This document shows positions 25,049 to 38,699 of a DNA stretch of 64,000 nucleotides, piece by piece. The notes below the pieces were generated by a model, which was not told where the DNA came from, searched no databases, and worked only from the letters and a program-made list of their open reading frames with translations. The position numbers were made by a program, and so were the translations under genes. The stretch comes from Macrostomum lignano (taxonomy: Eukaryota): positions 1 through 64,000 of the forward strand of contig NIVC01002970.1 in the NCBI GenBank assembly GCA_002269645.1, given 5' to 3'. The stretch's first letter is position 1. Every line of letters begins with the position of its first letter.

Positions 25049-28000
25049 AGCTTCGTACTCACAATGGTTCCTGTCGAAGTACACTAAAGTACTTTCTGCA
25101 GCTGAGTGTACTGAGCAGGGGGGACTTGGGAGTCTGTAAGTTCGAGTAGGGAACAGATGGAGTAGGCTTCACTTCCAGATCTCAAGCTTCGTACTCACAA
25201 TGGTTCTTGTCGAAGTACACTAAAGTAGCATATTAATGTACTGAGCAGGGGGGACTTGGGAGTCTGTAAGTTCGAGTAGGGAACAGATGGAGCCTTGGCG
25301 TCTTGTAGGCTTCTAGATTGATAATGTTTCCTTCCAGATCTCAGTTTTCAGCTTCGTACTCACAATGGTTCTTGTCGAAGTACACTAAAGTACTTTCTGC
25401 ATATTAATGTACTGAGCAGGGGGGACTTGGGAGTCTGTAAGTTCGAGTAGGGAACAGATGGAGCCTTGGCGTCTTGTAGGCTTCTAGATTGATAATGTTT
25501 CCTTCCAGATCTCAGTTTTCAGCTTCGTACTCACAATGGTTCTTGTCGAAGTACACTAAAGTACTTTCTGCATATTAATGTACTGAGCAGGGGGGACTTG
25601 GGAGTCTGTAAGTTCGAGTAGGGAACAGATGGAGCCTTGGCGTCTTGTAGGCTTCTAGATTGATAATGTTTCCTTCCAGATCTCAGTTTTCAGCTTTGTA
25701 CTCACAATGGTTCCTGTCGAAGTACACTAAAGTACTTTCTGCATATTAATGTACTGAGCAGGGGGGACTTGGGAGTCTGTAAGTTCGAGTAGGGAACAGA
25801 TGGAGCCTTGGCGTCTTGTAGGCTTCTAGATTGATAATGTTTCCTTCCAGATCTCAGTTTTCAGCTTCGTACTCACAATGGTTCTGTCGAAGTACACTAA
25901 AGTACTTTCTGCATATTAATGTACTGAGCAGGGGGGACTTGGGAGTCTGTAAGTTCGAGTAGGGAACAGATGGAGCCTTGGCGTCTTGTAGGCTTCTAGA
26001 TTGATAATGTTTCCTTCCAGATCTCAGTTTTCAGCTTCGTACTCACAATGGTTCTTGTCGAAGTACACTAAAGTACTTTCTGCATTAATGTACTGAGCAG
26101 GGGGGACTTGGGAGTCTGTAAGTTCGAGTAGGGAACAGATGGAGCCTTGGCGTCTTGTAGGCTTCTAGATTGATAATGTTTCCTTCCAGATCTCAGTTTT
26201 CAGCTTCGTACTCACAATGGTTCTTGTCGAAGTACACTAAAGTACTTTCTGCATATTAATGTACTGAGCAGGGGGGACTTGGGAGTCTGTAAGTTCGAGT
26301 AGGGAACAGATGGAGCCTTGGCGTCTTGTAGGCTTCTAGATTGATAATGTTTCCTTCCAGATCTCAGTTTTCAGCTTCGTACTCACAATGGTTCTTGTCG
26401 AAGTACACTAAAGTACTTTCTGCATATTAATGTACTGAGCAGGGGGGACTTGGGAGTCTGTAAGTTCGAGTAGGGAACAGATGGAGCCTTGGCGTCTTGT
26501 AGGCTTCTAGATTGATAATGTTTCCTTCCAGATCTCAGTTTTCAGCTTCGTACTCACAATGGTTCCTGCCGAAGTACACTAAAGTACTTTCTGCATATTA
26601 ATGTACTGAGCAGGGGGGACTTGGGAGTCTGTAAGTTCGAGTAGGGAACAGATGGAGCCTTGGCGTCTTGTAGGCTTCTAGATTGATAATGTTTCCTTCC
26701 AGATCTCAGTTTTCAGCTTCGTACTCACAATGGTTCTTGTCGAAGTACACTAAAGTACTTTCTGCATATTAATGTACTGAGCAGGGGGGACTTGGGAGTC
26801 TGTAAGTTCGAGTAGGGAACAGATGGAGCCTTGGCGTCTTGTAGGCTTCTAGATTGATAATGTTTCCTTCCAGATCTCAGTTTTCAGCTTCGTACTCACA
26901 ATGGTTCTTGTCGAAGTACACTAAAGTACTTTCTGCATATTAATGTACTGAGCAGGGGGACTTGGGAGTCTGTAAGTTCGAGTAGGGAACAGATGGAGCC
27001 TTGGCGTCTTGTAGGCTTCTAGATTGATAATGTTTCCTTCCAGATCTCAGTTTTCAGCTTCGTACTCACAATGGTTCCTGTCGAAGTACACTAAAGTACT
27101 TTCTGCATATTAATGTACTGAGCAGGGGGGACTTGGGAGTCTGTAAGTTCGAGTAGGGAACAGATGGAGCCTTGGCGTCTTGTAGGCTTCTAGATTGATA
27201 ATGTTTCCTTCCAGATCTCAGTTTTCAGCTTCGTACTCACAATGGTTCTTGTCGAAGTACACTAAAGTACTTTCTGCATATTAATGTACTGAGCAGGGGG
27301 ACTTGGGAGTCTGTAAGTTCGAGTAGGGAACAGATGGAGCCTTGGCGTCTTGTAGGCTTCTAGATTGATAATGTTTCCTTCCAGATCTCAGTTTTCAGCT
27401 TCGTACTCACAATGGTTCTGTCGAAGTACACTAAAGTACTTTCTGCATATTAATGTACTGAGCAGGGGGGACTTGGGAGTCTGTAAGTTCGAGTAGGGAA
27501 CAGATGGAGCCTTGGCGTCTTGTAGGCTTCTAGATTGATAATGTTTCCTTCCAGATCTCAGTTTTCAGCTTCGTACTCACAATGGTTCTGTCGAAGTACA
27601 CTAAAGTACTTTCTGCATATTAATGTACTGAGCAGGGGGGACTTGGGAGTCTGTAAGTTCGAGTAGGGAACAGATGGAGCCTTGGCGTCTTGTAGGCTTC
27701 TAGATTGATAATGTTTCCTTCCAGATCTCAGTTTTCAGCTTCGTACTCACAATGGTTCTTGTCGAAGTACACTAAAGTACTTTCTGCATATTAATGTACT
27801 GAGCAGGGGGGACTTGGGAGTCTGTAAGTTCGAGTAGGGAACAGATGGAGCCTTGGCGTCTTGTAGGCTTCTAGATTGATAATGTTTCCTTCCAGATCTC
27901 AGTTTTCAGCTTCGTACTCACAATGGTTCTTGTCGAAGTACACTAAAGTACTTTCTGCATATTAATGTACTGAGCAGGGGGGACTTGGGAGTCTGTAAGT

Positions 28001-31000
28001 TCGAGTAGGGAACAGATGGAGCCTTGGCGTCTTGTAGGCTTCTAGATTGATAATGTTTCCTTCCAGATCTCAGTTTTCAGCTTCGTACTCACAATGGTTC
28101 TTGTCGAAGTACACTAAAGTACTTTCTGCATATTAATGTACTGAGCAGGGGGGACTTGGGAGTCTGTAAGTTCGAGTAGGGAACAGATGGAGCCTTGGCG
28201 TCTTGTAGGCTTCTAGATTGATAATGTTTCCTTCCAGATCTCAGTTTTCAGCTTCGTACTCACAATGGTTCTGTCGAAGTACACTAAAGTACTTTCTGCA
28301 TATTAATGTACTGAGCAGGGGGGACTTGGGAGTCTGTAAGTTCGAGTAGGGAACAGATGGAGCCTTGGCGTCTTGTAGGCTTCTAGATTGATAATGTTTC
28401 CTTCCAGATCTCAGTTTTCAGCTTCGTACTCACAATGGTTCTTGTCGAAGTACACTAAAGTACTTTCTGCATATTAATGTACTGAGCAGGGGGACTTGGG
28501 AGTCTGTAAGTTCGAGTAGGGAACAGATGGAGCCTTGGCGTCTTGTAGGCTTCTAGATTGATAATGTTTCCTTCCAGATCTCAGTTTTCAGCTTCGTACT
28601 CACAATGGTTCTGTCGAAGTACACTAAAGTACTTTCTGCATATTAATGTACTGAGCAGGGGGGACTTGGGAGTCTGTAAGTTCGAGTAGGGAACAGATGG
28701 AGCCTTGGCGTCTTGTAGGCTTCTAGATTGATAATGTTTCCTTCCAGATCTCAGTTTTCAGCTTCGTACTCACAATGGTTCTTGTCGAAGTACACTAAAG
28801 TACTTTCTGCATATTAATGTACTGAGCAGGGGGGACTTGGGAGTCTGTAAGTTCGAGTAGGGAACAGATGGAGCCTTGGCGTCTTGTAGGCTTCTAGATT
28901 GATAATGTTTCCTTCCAGATCTCAGTTTTCAGCTTCGTACTCACAATGGTTCCTGTCGAAGTACACTAAAGTACTTTCTGCATTATGTACTGAGCAGGGG
29001 GGACTTGGGAGTCTGTAAGTTCGAGTAGGGAACAGATGGAGCCTTGGCGTCTTGTAGGCTTCTAGATTGATAATGTTTCCTTCCAGATCTCAGTTTTCAG
29101 CTTCGTACTCACAATGGTTCTTGTCGAAGTACACTAAAGTACTTTCTGCATATTAATGTACTGAGCAGGGGGGACTTGGGAGTCTGTAAGTTCGAGTAGG
29201 GAACAGATGGAGCCTTGGCGTCTTGTAGGCTTCTAGATTGATAATGTTTCCTTCCAGATCTCAGTTTTCAGCTTCGTACTCACAATGGTTCTTGTCGAAG
29301 TACACTAAAGTACTTTCTGCATATTAATGTACTGAGCAGGGGGGACTTGGGAGTCTGTAAGTTCGAGTAGGGAACAGATGGAGCCTTGGCGTCTTGTAGG
29401 CTTCTAGATTGATAATGTTTCCTTCCAGATCTCAGTTTTCAGCTTCGTACTCACAATGGTTCTGTCGAAGTACACTAAAGTACTTTCTGCATATTAATGT
29501 ACTGAGCAGGGGGGACTTGGGAGTCTGTAAGTTCGAGTAGGGAACAGATGGAGCCTTGGCGTCTTGTAGGCTTCTAGATTGATAATGTTTCCTTCCAGAT
29601 CTCAGTTTTCAGCTTCGTACTCACAATGGTTCTGTCGAAGTACACTAAAGTACTTTCTGCATTAATGTACTGAGCAGGGGGGACTTGGGAGTCTGTAAGT
29701 TCGAGTAGGGAACAGATGGAGCCTTGGCGTCTTGTAGGCTTCTAGATTGATAATGTTTCCTTCCAGATCTCAGTTTTCAGCTTCGTACTCACAATGGTTC
29801 TTGTCGAAGTACACTAAAGTACTTTCTGCATATTAATGTACTGAGCAGGGGGGACTTGGGAGTCTGTAAGTTCGAGTAGGGAACAGATGGAGCCTTGGCG
29901 TCTTGTAGGCTTCTAGATTGATAATGTTTCCTTCCAGATCTCAGTTTTCAGCTTCGTACTCACAATGGTTCTTGTCGAAGTACACTAAAGTACTTTCTGC
30001 ATATTAATGTACTGAGCAGGGGGGACTTGGGAGTCTGTAAGTTCGAGTAGGGAACAGATGGAGCCTTGGCGTCTTGTAGGCTTCTAGATTGATAATGTTT
30101 CCTTCCAGATCTCAGTTTTCAGCTTCGTACTCACAATGGTTCTTGTCGAAGTACACTAAAGTACTTTCTGCATATTAATGTACTGAGCAGGGGGGACTTG
30201 GGAGTCTGTAAGTTCGAGTAGGGAACAGATGGAGCCTTGGCGTCTTGTAGGCTTCTAGATTGATAATGTTTCCTTCCAGATCTCAGTTTTCAGCTTCGTA
30301 CTCACAATGGTTCTTGTCGAAGTACACTAAAGTACTTTCTGCATATTAATGTACTGAGCAGGGGGGACTTGGGAGTCTGTAAGTTCGAGTAGGGAACAGA
30401 TGGAGCCTTGGCGTCTTGTAGGCTTCTAGATTGATAATGTTTCCTTCCAGATCTCAGTTTTCAGCTTCGTACTCACAATGGTTCTGTCGAAGTACACTAA
30501 AGTACTTTCTGCATATTAATGTACTGAGCAGGGGGGACTTGGGAGTCTGTAAGTTCGAGTAGGGAACAGATGGAGCCTTGGCGTCTTGTAGGCTTCTAGA
30601 TTGATAATGTTTCCTTCCAGATCTCAGTTTTCAGCTTCGTACTCACAATGGTTCTTGTCGAAGTACACTAAAGTACTTTCTGCATATTAATGTACTGAGC
30701 AGGGGGGACTTGGGAGTCTGTAAGTTCGAGTAGGGAACAGATGGAGCCTTGGCGTCTTGTAGGCTTCTAGATTGATAATGTTTCCTTCCAGATCTCAGTT
30801 TTCAGCTTCGTACTCACAATGGTTCTTGTCGAAGTACACTAAAGTACTTTCTGCATATGTACTGAGCAGGGGGGACTTGGGAGTCTGTAAGTTCGAGTAG
30901 GGAACAGATGGAGCCTTGGCGTCTTGTAGGCTTCTAGATTGATAATGTTTCCTTCCAGATCTCAGTTTTCAGCTTCGTACTCACAATGGTTCTGTCGAAG

Positions 31001-34000
31001 TACACTAAAGTACTTTCTGCATATGTACTGAGCAGGGGGGACTTGGGAGTCTGTAAGTTCGAGTAGGGAACAGATGGAGCCTTGGCGTCTTGTAGGCTTC
31101 TAGATTGATAATGTTTCCTTCCAGATCTCAGTTTTCAGCTTCGTACTCACAATGGTTCTTGTCGAAGTACACTAAAGTACTTTCTGCATATTAATGTACT
31201 GAGCAGGGGGGACTTGGGAGTCTGTAAGTTCGAGTAGGGAACAGATGGAGCCTTGGCGTCTTGTAGGCTTCTAGATTGATAATGTTTCCTTCCAGATCTC
31301 AGTTTTCAGCTTCGTACTCACAATGGTTCTTGTCGAAGTACACTAAAGTACTTTCTGCATATTAATGTACTGAGCAGGGGGGACTTGGGAGTCTGTAAGT
31401 TCGAGTAGGGAACAGATGGAGCCTTGGCGTCTTGTAGGCTTCTAGATTGATAATGTTTCCTTCCAGATCTCAGTTTTCAGCTTCGTACTCACAATGGTTC
31501 TTGTCGAAGTACACTAAAGTACTTTCTGCATATTAATGTACTGAGCAGGGGGACTTGGGAGTCTGTAAGTTCGAGTAGGGAACAGATGGAGCCTTGGCGT
31601 CTTGTAGGCTTCTAGATTGATAATGTTTCCTTCCAGATCTCAGTTTTCAGCTTCGTACTCACAATGGTTCTGTCGAAGTACACTAAAGTACTTTCTGCAT
31701 ATTAATGTACTGAGCAGGGGGGACTTGGGAGTCTGTAAGTTCGAGTAGGGAACAGATGGAGCCTTGGCGTCTTGTAGGCTTCTAGATTGATAATGTTTCC
31801 TTCCAGATCTCAGTTTTCAGCTTCGTACTCACAATGGTTCTGTCGAAGTACACTAAAGTACTTTCTGCATATTAATGTACTGAGCAGGGGGGACTTGGGA
31901 GTCTGTAAGTTCGAGTAGGGAACAGATGGAGCCTTGGCGTCTTGTAGGCTTCTAGATTGATAATGTTTCCTTCCAGATCTCAGTTTTCAGCTTCGTACTC
32001 ACAATGGTTCTTGTCGAAGTACACTAAAGTACTTTCTGCATATTAATGTACTGAGCAGGGGGGACTTGGGAGTCTGTAAGTTCGAGTAGGGAACAGATGG
32101 AGCCTTGGCGTCTTGTAGGCTTCTAGATTGATAATGTTTCCTTCCAGATCTCAGTTTTCAGCTTCGTACTCACAATGGTTCTGTCGAAGTACACTAAAGT
32201 ACTTTCTGCATATTAATGTACTGAGCAGGGGGGACTTGGGAGTCTGTAAGTTCGAGTAGGGAACAGATGGAGCCTTGGCGTCTTGTAGGCTTCTAGATTG
32301 ATAATGTTTCCTTCCAGATCTCAGTTTTCAGCTTCGTACTCACAATGGTTCTTGTCGAAGTACACTAAAGTACTTTCTGCATATTAATGTACTGAGCAGG
32401 GGGACTTGGGAGTCTGTAAGTTCGAGTAGGGAACAGATGGAGCCTTGGCGTCTTGTAGGCTTCTAGATTGATAATGTTTCCTTCCAGATCTCAGTTTTCA
32501 GCTTCGTACTCACAATGGTTCTTGTCGAAGTACACTAAAGTACTTTCTGCATATTAATGTACTGAGCAGGGGGGACTTGGGAGTCTGTAAGTTCGAGTAG
32601 GGAACAGATGGAGCCTTGGCGTCTTGTAGGCTTCTAGATTGATAATGTTTCCTTCCAGATCTCAGTTTTCAGCTTCGTACTCACAATGGTTCTTGTCGAA
32701 GTACACTAAAGTACTTTCTGCATATTAATGTACTGAGCAGGGGGGACTTGGGAGTCTGTAAGTTCGAGTAGGGAACAGATGGAGCCTTGGCGTCTTGTAG
32801 GCTTCTAGATTGATAATGTTTCCTTCCAGATCTCAGTTTTCAGCTTCGTACTCACAATGGTTCTTGTCGAAGTACACTAAAGTACTTTCTGCATATTAAT
32901 GTACTGAGCAGGGGGGACTTGGGAGTCTGTAAGTTCGAGTAGGGAACAGATGGAGCCTTGGCGTCTTGTAGGCTTCTAGATTGATAATGTTTCCTTCCAG
33001 ATCTCAGTTTTCAGCTTCGTACTCACAATGGTTCTGTCGAAGTACACTAAAGTACTTTCTGCATATTAATGTACTGAGCAGGGGGGACTTGGGAGTCTGT
33101 AAGTTCGAGTAGGGAACAGATGGAGCCTTGGCGTCTTGTAGGCTTCTAGATTGATAATGTTTCCTTCCAGATCTCAGTTTTCAGCTTCGTACTCACAATG
33201 GTTCTTGTCGAAGTACACTAAAGTACTTTCTGCATATTAATGTACTGAGCAGGGGGGACTTGGGAGTCTGTAAGTTCGAGTAGGGAACAGATGGAGCCTT
33301 GGCGTCTTGTAGGCTTCTAGATTGATAATGTTTCCTTCCAGATCTCAGTTTTCAGCTTCGTACTCACAATGGTTCTTGTCGAAGTACACTAAAGTACTTT
33401 CTGCATATTAATGTACTGAGCAGGGGGGACTTGGGAGTCTGTAAGTTCGAGTAGGGAACAGATGGAGCCTTGGCGTCTTGTAGGCTTCTAGATTGATAAT
33501 GTTTCCTTCCAGATCTCAGTTTTCAGCTTCGTACTCACAATGGTTCCTGTCGAAGTACACTAAAGTACTTTCTGCATATGTACTGAGCAGGGGGGACTTG
33601 GGAGTCTGTAAGTTCGAGTAGGGAACAGATGGAGCCTTGGCGTCTTGTAGGCTTCTAGATTGATAATGTTTCCTTCCAGATCTCAGTTTTCAGCTTCGTA
33701 CTCACAATGGTTCTTGTCGAAGTACACTAAAGTACTTTCTGCATATTAATGTACTGAGCAGGGGGGACTTGGGAGTCTGTAAGTTCGAGTAGGGAACAGA
33801 TGGAGCCTTGGCGTCTTGTAGGCTTCTAGATTGATAATGTTTCCTTCCAGATCTCAGTTTTCAGCTTCGTACTCACAATGGTTCTTGTCGAAGTACACTA
33901 AAGTACTTTCTGCATATTAATGTACTGAGCAGGGGGGACTTGGGAGTCTGTAAGTTCGAGTAGGGAACAGATGGAGCCTTGGCGTCTTGTAGGCTTCTAG

Positions 34001-37000
34001 ATTGATAATGTTTCCTTCCAGATCTCAGTTTTCAGCTTCGTACTCACAATGGTTCTGTCGAAGTACACTAAAGTACTTTCTGCATATTAATGTACTGAGC
34101 AGGGGGGACTTGGGAGTCTGTAAGTTCGAGTAGGGAACAGATGGAGCCTTGGCGTCTTGTAGGCTTCTAGATTGATAATGTTTCCTTCCAGATCTCAGTT
34201 TTCAGCTTCGTACTCACAATGGTTCTGTCGAAGTACACTAAAGTACTTTCTGCATATTAATGTACTGAGCAGGGGGGACTTGGGAGTCTGTAAGTTCGAG
34301 TAGGGAACAGATGGAGCCTTGGCGTCTTGTAGGCTTCTAGATTGATAATGTTTCCTTCCAGATCTCAGTTTTCAGCTTCGTACTCACAATGGTTCTTGTC
34401 GAAGTACACTAAAGTACTTTCTGCATATTAATGTACTGAGCAGGGGGGACTTGGGAGTCTGTAAGTTCGAGTAGGGAACAGATGGAGCCTTGGCGTCTTG
34501 TAGGCTTCTAGATTGATAATGTTTCCTTCCAGATCTCAGTTTTCAGCTTCGTACTCACAATGGTTCTTGTCGAAGTACACTAAAGTACTTTCTGCATATT
34601 AATGTACTGAGCAGGGGGGACTTGGGAGTCTGTAAGTTCGAGTAGGGAACAGATGGAGCCTTGGCGTCTTGTAGGCTTCTAGATTGATAATGTTTCCTTC
34701 CAGATCTCAGTTTTCAGCTTCGTACTCACAATGGTTCTTGTCGAAGTACACTAAAGTACTTTCTGCATATTAATGTACTGAGCAGGGGGGACTTGGGAGT
34801 CTGTAAGTTCGAGTAGGGAACAGATGGAGCCTTGGCGTCTTGTAGGCTTCTAGATTGATAATGTTTCCTTCCAGATCTCAGTTTTCAGCTTCGTACTCAC
34901 AATGGTTCTTGTCGAAGTACACTAAAGTACTTTCTGCATATTAATGTACTGAGCAGGGGGGACTTGGGAGTCTGTAAGTTCGAGTAGGGAACAGATGGAG
35001 CCTTGGCGTCTTGTAGGCTTCTAGATTGATAATGTTTCCTTCCAGATCTCAGTTTTCAGCTTCGTACTCACAATGGTTCTTGTCGAAGTACACTAAAGTA
35101 CTTTCTGCATATTAATGTACTGAGCAGGGGGGACTTGGGAGTCTGTAAGTTCGAGTAGGGAACAGATGGAGCCTTGGCGTCTTGTAGGCTTCTAGATTGA
35201 TAATGTTTCCTTCCAGATCTCAGTTTTCAGCTTCGTACTCACAATGGTTCTGTCGAAGTACACTAAAGTACTTTCTGCATATTAATGTACTGAGCAGGGG
35301 GGACTTGGGAGTCTGTAAGTTCGAGTAGGGAACAGATGGAGCCTTGGCGTCTTGTAGGCTTCTAGATTGATAATGTTTCCTTCCAGATCTCAGTTTTCAG
35401 CTTCGTACTCACAATGGTTCTTGTCGAAGTACACTAAAGTACTTTCTGCAGCTGAGTGTACTGAGCAGGGGGGACTTGGGAGTCTGTAAGTTCGAGTAGG
35501 GAACAGATGGAGCCTTGGCGTCTTGTAGGCTTCTAGATTGATAATGTTTCCTTCCAGATCTCAGTTTTCAGCTTCGTACTCACAATGGTTCTTGTCGAAG
35601 TACACTAAAGTACTTTCTGCATATTAATGTACTGAGCAGGGGGACTTGGGAGTCTGTAAGTTCGAGTAGGGAACAGATGGAGCCTTGGCGTCTTGTAGGC
35701 TTCTAGATTGATAATGTTTCCTTCCAGATCTCAGTTTTCAGCTTCGTACTCACAATGGTTCCTGCCGAAGTACACTAAAGTACTTTCTGCATATTAATGT
35801 ACTGAGCAGGGGGACTTGGGAGTCTGTAAGTTCGAGTAGGGAACAGATGGAGCCTTGGCGTCTTGTAGGCTTCTAGATTGATAATGTTTCCTTCCAGATC
35901 TCAGTTTTCAGCTTCGTACTCACAATGGTTCTTGTCGAAGTACACTAAAGTACTTTCTGCATATTAATGTACTGAGCAGGGGGGACTTGGGAGTCTGTAA
36001 GTTCGAGTAGGGAACAGATGGAGCCTTGGCGTCTTGTAGGCTTCTAGATTGATAATGTTTCCTTCCAGATCTCAGTTTTCAGCTTCGTACTCACAATGGT
36101 TCTTGTCGAAGTACACTAAAGTACTTTCTGCAGCTGAGTGTACTGAGCAGGGGGGACTTGGGAGTCTGTAAGTTCGAGTAGGGAACAGATGGAGCCTTGG
36201 CGTCTTGTAGGCTTCTAGATTGATAATGTTTCCTTCCAGATCTCAGTTTTCAGCTTCGTACTCACAATGGTTCTTGTCGAAGTACACTAAAGTACTTTCT
36301 GCATATTAATGTACTGAGCAGGGGGACTTGGGAGTCTGTAAGTTCGAGTAGAGAACAGATGGAGCCTTGGCGTCTTGTAGGCTTCTAGATTGATAATGTT
36401 TCCTTCCAGATCTCAGTTTTCAGCTTCGTACTCACAATGGTTCTTGTCGAAGTACACTAAAGTACTTTCTGCATATTAATGTACTGAGCAGGGGGACTTG
36501 GGAGTCTGTAAGTTCGAGTAGGGAACAGATGGAGCCTTGGCGTCTTGTAGGCTTCTAGATTGATAATGTTTCCTTCCAGATCTCAGTTTTCAGCTTCGTA
36601 CTCACAATGGTTCTTGTCGAAGTACACTAAAGTACTTTCTGCATATTAATGTACTGAGCAGGGGGGACTTGGGAGTCTGTAAGTTCGAGTAGGGAACAGA
36701 TGGAGCCTTGGCGTCTTGTAGGCTTCTAGATTGATAATGTTTCCTTCCAGATCTCAGTTTTCAGCTTTGTACTCACAATGGTTCCTGCCGAAGTACACTA
36801 AAGTACTTTCTGCATATTAATGTACTGAGCAGGGGGGACTTGGGAGTCTGTAAGTTCGAGTAGGGAACAGATGGAGCCTTGGCGTCTTGTAGGCTTCTAG
36901 ATTGATAATGTTTCCTTCCAGATCTCAGTTTTCAGCTTCGTACTCACAATGGTTCCTGTCGAAGTACACTAAAGTACTTTCTGCATATTAATGTACTGAG

Positions 37001-38172
37001 CAGGGGGGACTTGGGAGTCTGTAAGTTCGAGTAGGGAACAGATGGAGCCTTGGCGTCTTGTAGGCTTCTAGATTGATAATGTTTCCTTCCAGATCTCAGT
37101 TTTCAGCTTCGTACTCACAATGGTTCCTGTCGAAGTACACTAAAGTACTTTCTGCATATTAATGTACTGAGCAGGGGGGACTTGGGAGTCTGTAAGTTCG
37201 AGTAGGGAACAGATGGAGCCTTGGCGTCTTGTAGGCTTCTAGATTGATAATGTTTCCTTCCAGATCTCAGTTTTCAGCTTCGTACTCACAATGGTTCCTG
37301 TCGAAGTACACTAAAGTACTTTCTGCAGCTGAGTGTACTGAGCAGGGGGGACTTGGGAGTCTGTAAGTTCGAGTAGGGAACAGATGGAGCCTTGGCGTCT
37401 TGTAGGCTTCTAGATTGATAATGTTTCCTTCCAGATCTCAGTTTTCAGCTTCGTACTCACAATGGTTCTTGTCGAAGTACACTAAAGTACTTTCTGCATA
37501 TTAATGTACTGAGCAGGGGGGACTTGGGAGTCTGTAAGTTCGAGTAGGGAACAGATGGAGCCTTGGCGTCTTGTAGGCTTCTAGATTGATAATGTTTCCT
37601 TCCAGATCTCAGTTTTCAGCTTCGTACTCACAATGGTTCCTGTCGAAGTACACTAAAGTACTTTCTGCATATTAATGTACTGAGCAGGGGGGACTTGGGA
37701 GTCTGTAAGTTCGAGTAGTGAACAGATGGAGCCTTGGCGTCTTGTAGGCTTCTAGATTGATAATGTTTCCTTCCAGATCTCAGTTTTCAGCTTCGTACTC
37801 ACAATGGTTCTTGTCGAAGTACACTAAAGTACTTTCTGCATATTAATGTACTGAGCAGGGGGGACTTGGGAGTCTGTAAGTTCGAGTAGGGAACAGATGG
37901 AGCCTTGGCGTCTTGTAGGCTTCTAGATTGATAATGTTTCCTTCCAGATCTCAGTTTTCAGCTTCGTACTCACAATGGTTCCTGTCGAAGTACACTAAAG
38001 TACTTTCTGCATATTAATGTACTGAGCAGGGGGACTTGGGAGTCTGTAAGTTCGAGTAGGGAACAGATGGAGCCTTGGCGTCTTGTAGGCTTCTAGATTG
38101 ATAATGTTTCCTTCCAGATCTCAGTTTTCAGCTTCGTACTCACAATGGTTCCTGCCGAAGTACACTAAAGTA
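25049..38172 (-). repeat. Satellite array, same 170-171 bp monomer in inverted orientation, about 77 copies
   Basis: Reverse complement of the left-array monomer (AGCTTCGTACTCACAATGGTTC...CAGATCTCAGTTTTC). The innermost units carry several small deletions. The outer end is at or just after ...TACACTAAAGTA (38172). Confidence 0.99.
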
Positions 38173-38699
38173 ATTTTGGTGAAAAAAAACAGGAATTGAA
38201 CATATTACATGTACAGTTTTTTGGTATATTTATATTGTATCTATGGCATCACCAACAATTGTTGATAGGTTTTTTTAGTTTTATATATATTTGTTTTAAG
38301 GTTTTTCAGCTAGAATGTTAAATTTCGGTGTTTTACTTTTAGTTTTTAAATAAGTATTTTAATAGGCATTAAGTTATGCTGTAATGTAATTCGCTGAAAC
38401 GAAATATGTTGAACGCTGTGTTAACGGTTATAATAATTGCTAGAGTTGATTTTTTACTATTTTAGACATTTTTGTAGGTTATTTTTCGTTTTTTTACTTG
38501 TATTTTGTATTTTATTTTTTGGTACTGGTTCTGGTACTGGTTCTGGTACTGGGAGTATAGACGTGAATTAAGTGCCTTCAAAAATTCTCTAAGAAACGAG
38601 GTTTCCCGTCCTTCTACTTAAGTCGTGAGTCGTCCTTGGCTCGTAGGTGCAGGCGGACGTCCTGGTATCACAAGTAGTCAATTCTGATATTTAGTGAGA

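Larger units (their letters stand above)
1..38172. mobile_element. Putative giant Foldback-type (FB-NOF/Phantom-like, Mutator-related) composite element: inverted satellite arms around a transposase core
   Basis: Two arrays of the same monomer in inverted orientation flank a 9.7 kb core that encodes an intact DDE transposase. The left terminus lies outside the window, so no TSD or true terminus can be checked. Confidence 0.5.

Noticed and set aside
15382-25049. Missed-adapter palindromic read artefact as the cause of the inverted arrays
   Set aside because: Such chimeras mirror about a point, whereas here 9.7 kb of non-palindromic sequence separates the arms. A general misassembly is still possible.
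25049-38172. Pol III gene, tRNA, 5S or SL RNA array in the 170-bp monomer
   Set aside because: GTTCGAGTA is only a partial B box, with no matching A box, cloverleaf, Sm site or recognisable leader.
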